A stretch of DNA of 62,013 nt, the filler included, from Hausera hauseri (taxonomy: Eukaryota), in NCBI GenBank assembly GCA_046269625.1. It is 10 parts of 10 records of this genome, joined end to end, with 100 filler letters (N's around TTAATTAATTAA, not from the genome) between each part and the next. Parts side by side here need not be neighbours in the genome. Positions count along the whole stretch, not along the records: positions 47,615 to 55,147 come from JBJURY010008345.1; positions 55,248 to 62,013 come from JBJURY010067773.1; 8 more parts are not named here. The stretch is one strand, 5' to 3'. The number at the start of each line of letters is the position of its first letter. The stretch's first letter is position 1. Position numbers and translations under genes: made by a program. The notes beneath the pieces were generated by a model. The model ran no database searches, had not been told where the DNA came from, and saw only the letters and a program-made list of their open reading frames with translations. Below, piece after piece: positions 53,501 through 62,013 of the stretch.

Positions 53501-53825
53501 GATTGTCAACATTGCAGCTACCGTCACCAACAATTGCACCTGATTTCCGAATGGATATACTATCACCATTATCAATGTTTATCTTTGGCATGAATTCCAG
53601 ATGATAATTTGGCGATAGAAAATCGTGCTTGCTGCTGCAGTTGTGGGCAAGATGGCAGACATGAGAGGAAGAAATAGTAGTGTTGGTAAGTACGTCGTTG
53701 GCGTTATTGTTTTTGTGCATCTCATTCAGCATAACATGTTGAAAAATTGCACCTTTGTCATCGGTAGTGAGACTGTTTTTATCAGTGAAATTAAAATTTG
53801 GATTTGAACTGCTTTGAAGGGAATC
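50507..53825 (-). CDS. mask: Ankyrin-repeat and KH-domain protein (Mask/ANKHD1/ANKRD17), 5'-partial; second ankyrin block + KH; at least one frameshift, possibly a pseudogene
   Basis: Diagnostic ERTKDTALSLAC, SKLGISPLMLASMNGH, ETNRNTALTLACFQGR, VTQFPS and NAIRHISGAHIDID. Splicing out GT-AG introns 52479-52518 and 52377-52416 restores NGAVVDARNKKGDTPLWLACTGGYIDVV. Confidence 0.9.
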
Positions 53826-53905
53826 CTGAATAGGGAGTTATTATATCTAATCATTTATGATATTGTTGGAAATGCAAACTATAAAGTATCACAAAATACT
53901 AAGTA

Positions 53906-55093
53906 CTCAGGTCATACCAAAAGTCCTGTCACAAGATAATATTATATATTTAAAAATTACATACATATTATACAATGTAGTTACCATGTGAAGTTATTGC
54001 AGACATCAAATCATTTTTCAAGCTGTCAAACTGGTGATTAAGTTCATCCGAAGTAAGGATGTTAAGTTCACTTGTCACAAATTTTGGTAATGTCACAATC
54101 ACTATTTAAATTACAATTTCGCTGAGCAATTTGTAATGATCAGTTGCAGTCACCACTTTTTACACAAGGCCTCCAGCTTTTCAATTTGTTAATCAAGTCT
54201 GCTTCTTTTTTGACATTCATTCATATCAACATCTTAACGATCACTGTCAGACAAGTGTCTTTATACAGTACGGTTGATGTTCCATGCACTTGTTTTCTCC
54301 ATTTTTCTTCAATTCACATCATTCCTGCAACCAACCAAACGAAGCTTCCCTTCCCGTCCATACACCACACCTTTCGCCTGATGCTTCCTAAGTACATTCA
54401 TATGTTGAAAAATCCTTTGCTATTCCTTCAGTGGAAGAACAAATCCGGGATTGGAATAAATTTTACCCTGACATTGAATGATTCAAAGTTTAATGACAAT
54501 TTATGCTACTTCCACATTTTTACTTTTGCATGTAATCATTTTCATGTTTCATAATACTACAATGTAATTATCTGTTTGATTTTGCAGTGAATTTTTATTC
54601 ATATATTTTTACTACTCACACCGTATTTTCAGTAACCACCACCTTTCCAATTGACACATTCCGAAACTATTTACATACTATTTGCACATCGAACCTATGT
54701 CTGTACATTGTCTAAAATTTTCACCTCGATCGCCTCCAGACACCTAGTTCGCATGTTGTACACAACGAGAGTCAGAAAAAATTATGTGATACAGTCATCA
54801 CGCCAAGCAGTAGTAATAAATCTTTGTTTTACTAGCTGCTCCCATATTGTTTCCACGTTTCTACCAACAATCACATTGCAGCAGATGATAATTTGTTATT
54901 AATTGCCTTTATGAATAGGAAATATCTAAAACGAAAAAAAATAACGTTGTGACAGTTGATTTGTTACTTCTATACACATTATGTCACAACCTTCATAATT
55001 TAAATTTAAACGGTACAATAATCAATAAAACATTTCATCAAGGTTTTCTAACTATCACTACAATATGTGACAGAACTTTTAGTATTACCTGAG
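53906..55093. mobile_element. Non-autonomous TIR DNA transposon, TA-flanked, ~28-bp TIR
   Basis: TA|CTCAGGTCATACCAAAAGTCCTGTCACA versus reverse complement of the right end TA|CTCAGGTAATACTAAAAGTTCTGTCACA. Confidence 0.8.
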
Positions 55094-55247
55094 TAAGATT
55101 TTTGGTTGAATTAAATTTTAACTTAATCATTCAGCATGCCAAAAATGNNNNNNNNNNNNNNNNNNNNNNNNNNNNNNNNNNNNNNNNNNNNTTAATTAAT
55201 TAANNNNNNNNNNNNNNNNNNNNNNNNNNNNNNNNNNNNNNNNNNNN

Positions 55248-58200
55248 AACTTTACATGTGTTGGATCATAATTATCCGTTTCATTTAAGTAATGTGTGTC
55301 TATATACTCATTGGGAGGTATAAAATGTGATTGTTCCATGGGGTATTCACTCCATTTCCTCATTTGTGGAATATTTGATAACAATATTCTCTTTTTGCTT
55401 CGGGCGGTAATTAGACTCCATGTCCTTTTAGTATTTTCTGCTGGTTTAAATTTCCTCGCGTTTATCTTCTTTGCTGGAGGTTTATCCACATCATTATTAT
55501 CGTCTTCCTCATTCTTGTTTTTGTTTTTCTGGTTCCATTCAGCGTCCTCTTTAATCAAAAAGCAGCTAGCTATGGATGGAATCAATACATAAATGATTTT
55601 CCATGTGCACCCAGCAGCTTGTTTAATACCATATCCCTTGGTTATCACGGTCAGAATCGCTTTTATAAAGACAAAGATGTAGTAAAATCCTAACCATCGA
55701 GAATTAAACTGACCAAACCACATATACCATCCCCATGCAGTTGCAAATATATCCTTAGCTATTTTCTTTGCTTAATCAAGTCCCATCAAGTTTTTCCAGT
55801 TAGCTTTCCGAGTATGATCAGCAAACATTTTCATTGCCATCTTTGTTAAAACTTTCTGTCTCTGTTGAGGTAACATCATCATTCGTCTATGATTTTCCAT
55901 ATCTTGTTCAGAATACACACCCATTTTTACTAGATCTGTGAAAGGCTTGTACGTTTGTTCAGTTTTCAAATTGATTTAACTAATCCTCCGAGCTGAAGTA
56001 ATCTGCTCCTTTTTGGGCATCCTTATCCACAAATTGTCGCTTAATCGAAATGCTGGTGACATAGTATATGTACAATTTTTATGTACATATTGTTCCTCTG
56101 TCGGATCGAATAGTATCCGTGTAATTGGTTGCAAGGAACGCGGCTTTTCCTTGTACCAAATAGGTAACTCCATGGTACAGTCAGTTGTTAATCTTAGTTT
56201 GACAGCTACTTTTGTACACTCGACGGTTACAAGCGTTTCACCCATTGTTCGAGCGAACTTCCCTTCTGCATCGGGTGATTCGGCCGGATCTTTTATTATT
56301 CCGTCGGTTATCGCTGACAAATATATCCGGTTTCTAATTATCTCTGTTCAATTTACAATCGTTTAATATTATCTCGCGATACATATCATAAATGTTTTGC
56401 TGAAAGTGATAAATAAAATCAATCTTGTTATCGAAATAGAGGTGAAGTTTCATTTCCGATTTGTCAATCTTCCTCTTAGCTTTTGCCATTTCTGTTGTGG
56501 ATAAGTATATCCCTTTATCATATGTTCAAAATACTGTGTGGTCACATCTAGTGTCACGTTCTAGTTTAAATCTCATTCCGTCTTGAGGATTTGCTTAATA
56601 TACTATGCTGGGAGTCTCAATCATATGCGATACTCGGTCTAGTCTACTCTTAGATATTTCTTTGTACATTCGTCCTTTTGTTTAATTAAACCTTCCCGTT
56701 TTTAGTACAGCTAATTGACACTGATCCCTATCAACTTCGTATGATATAATTGATTCACCAGTGTCACATTCTTTCTTATAGTAATCACATTCAGGGAATG
56801 TCATCATCTTCCGCGAAGATACTTCAAAGAGGGCATCGTATTCTCTCAACTCGACTTGATAATGTTCGATGGCCACTATATTATCCAAGATTTCACCATT
56901 GATATTGTAGGACTCACCCTTACAGTATCCCGTTTTATCAACTGTTCCAGCCACAAAAATTCTTTTATTAATATTTCCTTTCTGAGCTTTCAATCGAATA
57001 TTGCCAATATTAATCTGCTTTGTCACAAAAGCCTCTGTGCACATTCGTTTCCTTATAGGAATTGGCTCGAACGGAATAGTTGGTTCAGCTATCGCTGAGT
57101 TTCGGTACCAATATCCGCAAATAGAATGAAAGAGATTTTTTCGAATAAAGCATTCTTTCACTTTTGTTTTCACAAACTCTGACTCTTGATAAACGTAGTA
57201 TTCTTTTTCCGATATTGTAGTTAATGACGCTGGATTGGTAAAGGGACATTTTTCTAGGTCTAATCAGGAATATATTGGACTTTCCTTAGCTTGACTACAA
57301 TCATAAGCAATGATTGAAAATGCTTTTGGCATCAGGCTAAACAGGAATATAAGTATAACATTAATTAGCCTTGATAAATCGAAATCTGGTTGTAGGTTTC
57401 GTTGGGTCTCTGATTGTTAGGGTGGACGATATTCTATTCGTTGTTGTGTAATTGGAGCCTATTCATGTATTGCTGTATGAACCAAACTAGTGATTCATCC
57501 ACATCTACATTTTACCCATCCTTCGACATTGGCCTTTAACGCTCTTGTAGCAATTTCTATATTTCTCTATCACTTCCTGGTTAGGATTTACGCCATTCAT
57601 CGCCATTATCTTATACAAGAGATATGATATTGCTGTCATGATTTTATTTCGGGATATGCCTGTCCCCATCATTCTAGATGATATATCTCTTTCCTGGATT
57701 TCATTTATCCTCTCATCTGTAGGGATATCTGCATATTGTTCACTAATCTTTGAGACTTCATGCCTTATAACTTGAATTGGTGAATCCGGTATTTGCAGAT
57801 TAATATTAAACTCAACGAATGCGTTGTGCATTCTTGCTAACAAGGTTTGTAGTAATGTTGTCAGTGATACATTATCTACTTCATTCATCTTCCGTTGTTA
57901 GCAATCTTCGAACGACTTCGTCATCTCTGGCTTTCCTGCCTTTCAACTGATAAAGTTTCCTCATTCCTTTTGGTCTGCCACGGTTTCTTTTCTGTTTGTA
58001 TTTGCTCTGATATAGAAATGTTCACTCCCGTTTCTATTTACCAAGCCTCATGCTGATGTTCGATTTCTTGTTTCTTTTCGTCTAACATCAGTAATAATTT
58101 CATCAATTATTTCTTGTTCAAACTGTCTATAAGTAATACACAGGGTTGTATCGGTTTCCCAAATACCTACTTCATATAAAGTTTAATAATCCATCAACCT

Positions 58201-59868
58201 TCGCCCGTAGAAGCGTAACTCTAATTCTCCTTGAGACTTGGTTATTTCATTGATTTTGTTTTAGTGTAACAATTGTATCCAACGATTTCATCCTCAGAAC
58301 ATGAAAGTCCTGGTTATACTGTTGGAGAGTAACCATTACTTCAAAGTTTTCTCCGACTGTCCTCATTCTATCAGGGTACCGATAAATTATATATCGTACG
58401 ACATTCTTGTATGGATTTGTGCCAGAAGCATATATTAACAAGTTCAATAAATTAAAAAACTGTTGATGACTGATTGTTGGCGACAGTAACATGGACAGAT
58501 CTTGTCTAAACCGTGTTCCATCAATTAGTTCTTGATTGGCATAGCTGGATATATTCCGAACTATTTCTACGTCATCCTGGTCTGAATCCACAGGTGAAGA
58601 CTCATAACTTGGGGATTTTTCCTTTGTTTTCTTTTTCCTCATTCTTTTTACCTTCGCTTTGGGTTCACTCTCTCCGCGTGACTCATGCTTCACTTCCAGA
58701 AGGTAAGTTCAGTTCCGGTGTCTTCAATTCCTCTTCTTGTAACAAAGGTTTATCTTTTTTTGACCCTTTTCTTCTCAATATCCGATTCTGATGCGGGGTC
58801 TTTAAAGCCTTCCAACAGGAGCAATGATTAAACTTCCATCGTTCACTTTCTGTCTCCTCTCGCAAATTTGTTGCTCCTTTAATTCAAGTTATAACTTTTA
58901 ATTCGGCAATTTTATCCTCATATTCCATTGTGTTGGTTTTAATTTCTTTTAATTTAGATCTGATCTTTTGTTGTAATTTTTCAATTGTTCCTTCATGCTC
59001 TGTATCTGTAGTTTCATGTTCATTATCCGCATCAGATATATTACCGACTATCTCAACATCCTTTTTCTTCTGACTTGACTGTCTTTGATTAGGGCAAATA
59101 CGAGCCATATGCCCATGTTTCAGATAACAAGCATAATGGCTGTCTGTTCTGATTAACCGTTAGTTTTCTCGCTGCAGATTTTTGAGGTTGGTCTTGTTGC
59201 CATGCAACCTTCTTCTGTTGTTGTTCCTTTTGATTGATGTTTATAAAATGGCTTTTGAAAACTTCTCTTCGCCTGGGGATTTTTCATCTTTTGATTATCA
59301 ACACTAGGAGGCTTTTTGATACTTTCCTATCTTTCATAGTTAACTTCAATTTTTCTCTCCTTACTGACTGCTTCTTCGTGTCGCGATCGGCAACGATATA
59401 ATTTTGTATTTCCTTAGTAACATCGATGCGACCTTTTCCTGATCGGTCTACCAAGAGTCTTTCTTTCAGGGCGTCCTTAACGCTAGCCCAATCAACTTTG
59501 TCATCATCCGTAATTTCAGCATAAGCAGCAAGTGCTATTCCTTTAAGATGTAAGGGAAGACGTTGGATCCTAAGCTCATCTGACCATGCGAAACTTTGTG
59601 AATACATTTGATATTGCATTAAAAACTAACTATAAAATTGGACGGATTTTCCTTCGAACTTATCCATAAGGAGGACCATTGTACCAGTCGTACTTGAACC
59701 GGTTCATATCCCAGAGCTAGACATTGGATTCGTCTCTATGTAAGTAATTGGTTCAATCAAGGGGTTCTCATCTGATTCAGAACTACTCCTTGCTGAATCA
59801 GTGCGTGAAATTGTAGTATTAGCGTTAACTCTACTTAGGCCAGTGTGCTTCATCACTCGGAGCACCAC
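55248..59868 (-). mobile_element. Decayed env-in-polyprotein Ty3/gypsy element: gag (~59100-59700), UBL (~58130-58350), AT-hook (~57970), helical domain, signal, glycoprotein (55560-57380), tail
   Basis: WSDELRIQRLPLHLKGIAL; HGHMARICP; LRFYGRRLMDY; KRNRGRPKG; TAISYLLYKI; SLMPKAFSIIAYDC; CTMELPI..PITRIL; WFGQ..FYYIFVFI. Protein-level similarity to contig 1. Confidence 0.88.
59853..59867 (-). promoter_or_regulatory. Primer-binding site TGGTGCTCCGAGTGA (elongator tRNA-Met-like)
   Basis: Lies 1 nt inside the LTR end ...CTTATCA. Resembles the complement of the metazoan tRNA-Met(e) 3' end. Confidence 0.7.
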
Positions 59869-60153
59869 TGATAAGTTTATAGTCTAAGATTTGTTGGTCT
59901 TACGACCTTATACTTATACTCTCTATTCAGAAGTTTGAATTCCCTCCCTGTCTCAAGCTTAACTTACTTTATAAGGGTAATCAGCAACCTGTGGACTTGC
60001 CGATGTCTGAATTTTACGTTGTTTAATTAGGCTTAATGAGTGAGCTTCGTCAGGAGGTACACTTCGTCCCCCCTATTAGATTTTAGACAACCGTCCGGAA
60101 GGGACGGTATACCAAATAGGGCCCTGAAATTTATTATTACTTTCCTTATTACA
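59869..60153 (-). repeat. Putative 5' LTR (285 bp)
   Basis: Minus strand reads TGTAATAAG...CTTATCA (TG..CA with short inverted termini), adjacent to the PBS. The second LTR is not in the window, so the outer boundary is inferred. Confidence 0.6.
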
Positions 60154-61234
60154 ATATATAACCTTACTTAACCAAATTACTCTTCTAGAATTAATCAATA
60201 TCAAAAAGATGATAAACTAACAACAGAAATATTTAATCATACAAATACAATGAAGAAAAAGGAATAAAATCATAAAATATAAATATGAACAAAGCCATAC
60301 TCACATCCGTCGATCATTTGTAACATAAGATAGTTCGTTATAATTACTGTCAGAAATGAAGGAATACAGTAGTATTTATATCATTTGAGTTCACACAGGA
60401 TAATGAAAAGATAATAAAAATACATTAAAGTAAGGTACTCACAAACAAAAATCAATTATCCAAAATTGACAATAAATGAAAATCAATTTAAATAATTAAA
60501 ATAATCCACAAATGCAACATGTCTACTTTAAAAATCAATCATAATTTATTCACTTAATATCGGTTCTCAAATGGAGTTTATTTGCTCTGGATTTCGATCA
60601 GTTAGTTTATTTTCTTTCGATTTAGGTTAGTTTATTTACTTTTAATTTCGATAAATTCGGACATCTCCCTCAGATGATTCTGTCTTCAGCATCAGGGGAT
60701 AGACTTCTACGACTCCATTCGAGTCTTGGTAATCGACTGATTTGATATGGAGACTTCTTCCTTTCTTTTTAATTATTTTCCTTAGGGTAATAGTTTCTGA
60801 TTTTGGAATTCTATTTTTATTCTTTGATGTTTTCGTTAAGTCGACAAAGATGGATTCAGAAGAAATGGAAGTGGAGAGCAGCAGTGATGTGGGACAATCG
60901 GGGATGGAGGAGCCATCTGAGAGTGGAATGGCTATGGAGTCTTCAGAAGCAATGTCTGCAGACAGCAGTGATGCTGCTGCCTCCCACACGCAGGCCCCAG
61001 AGTCAGACTGTCATGTAGGACAGAGCTCTGAAGGACTTGTGGTACGTTTGCAAGTCGTCAGTCTGCAACAACGTTTTGTGTTTCGTTAGACAAAGTCAAC
61101 AGAACATTCTTTGTGTGAAACTTTGCTTTTCGATAAAAGAAGAACCCAAGGAACCTCTGAGAGGAACTGCCTGTACCAAATGTTACTCAGGGTTATTAAA
61201 TTATGGACTTTTCACAATCTGATTGTTTTTTGGA

Positions 61235-61377
61235 AACTAGGAAAAAAAGACGTTTTCATTGGTCCTGACATTTGGAAACACATGACAGACGACATATTTG
61301 AAAACAAAATGGAAAACATTGAAAGAGCAGCTTGGACATGTTTAAAAGAAGTTAGTGATGGAGGTTGGAGGTTATAG
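61235..61377 (+). pseudogene. DNA-transposase remnant (Chapaev3-like)
   Basis: KKDVFIGPDIWKHMTDDIFENKMENIERAAWTCLKEV resembles the K.GIF.GPQIR..D..F...E..AW motif. Confidence 0.5.
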
Positions 61378-61879
61378 CCAGGAATAAAAGCATATAAAAA
61401 AGAACTTAATATTTTCAGTACCAGGAACCATTACAACAAAGGAAAAAAATACATGTATTATAATTTATTATACATGACTTTTCCACGTATATATTACTAG
61501 TAAATATGTTTTGGCTGTAGAGGCAGGCTCTGGTAGCTTTTTCCATTTCATTGGGAGTTTTGTCAAGGCTTTACATGAGTTATTACACTGCCATGCCAAC
61601 ATAATTGTTGTAAGACTTTTTATTGTTAAATCACAATATGCATGACATGCAAAACGTTTGGATAATATTTGACAAAGTATCGAATTATACAATATATACA
61701 GGACCACTTTAAAATATGTAATCTTAGAACAAAAGTACAAAATACATGAATTATTGTAGGATGCACTTTAATTACTTTATAGATAATTTAGTAAAACATT
61801 ACAAAATGTTCCTTATAAGCAAAGTACATTTACAACTCAATCTATTCACCATGAATTGCAAGTACTAAACATGCACAAT

Positions 61880-62013
61880 CTTCTTCTTTCGGCTAATCCC
61901 GATTAGGGGTCGACACAGCGGATCAATTATGATCCACATCATTGGTTTTGGCACATGTTTTACACCGGATGCCCTTCCTGACGCAACCCCCCCTAGGAGG
62001 AAACCATTTTATA
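61880..62013 (-). mobile_element. RTE-related SINE / non-autonomous retroelement 3' part
   Basis: Minus strand ends ...GCCGAAAGAAGAAGA and carries GGTTGCGTCAGGAAGGGCATCCGGTGTAAAA, a motif typical of RTE-associated repeats. Confidence 0.5.

Noticed and set aside
22920-59868. Alternative genetic code or programmed readthrough explaining the many stops
   Set aside because: The stops are of all three types and come with frameshifts, while contig 1 is fully open in the standard code. This is ordinary decay.
60742-61089. Ser/Glu-rich [15 protein letters not shown]...
   Set aside because: Low complexity with no recognisable family. Probably part of a decayed transposon.

Overview
The window is ten short, unlinked, AT-rich eukaryotic contigs joined by an artificial 100-nt linker (N44-TTAATTAATTAA-N44). 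The host is probably an invertebrate animal, since it has 40-nt introns. Content is almost all mobile DNA. The main discovery is a Ty3/gypsy LTR-retroelement family that carries a class III (chuvirus-G / herpes gB-like) envelope glycoprotein inside its polyprotein, upstream of the protease rather than after integrase. Contig 1 has one stop-free minus-strand frame (3..6125, 2041 codons, checked by hand). The ORF track omits it because it runs off the window edge. It reads: basic region, ubiquitin-like domain, AT-hook, helical domain, internal signal peptide, glycoprotein ectodomain, TM, PSAP-containing tail, PR, RT, RNase H, integrase. Four decayed relatives on other contigs show overlapping parts of the order gag-UBL-AT-hook-env-PR, and one retains an LTR and PBS. 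A second, CsRn1-like gypsy family independently carries an N-terminal ubiquitin-like domain ending in an LRGG-like motif fused to Gag. Also present are decayed Polinton/Maverick pieces (two pPolB genes, capsid genes, TIR ends), a 15-bp minisatellite, a mask/ANKHD1 gene with a frameshift, a TIR element, and LINE, SINE and DNA-transposon scraps. All domain calls come from motif recognition by eye; no searches were run.
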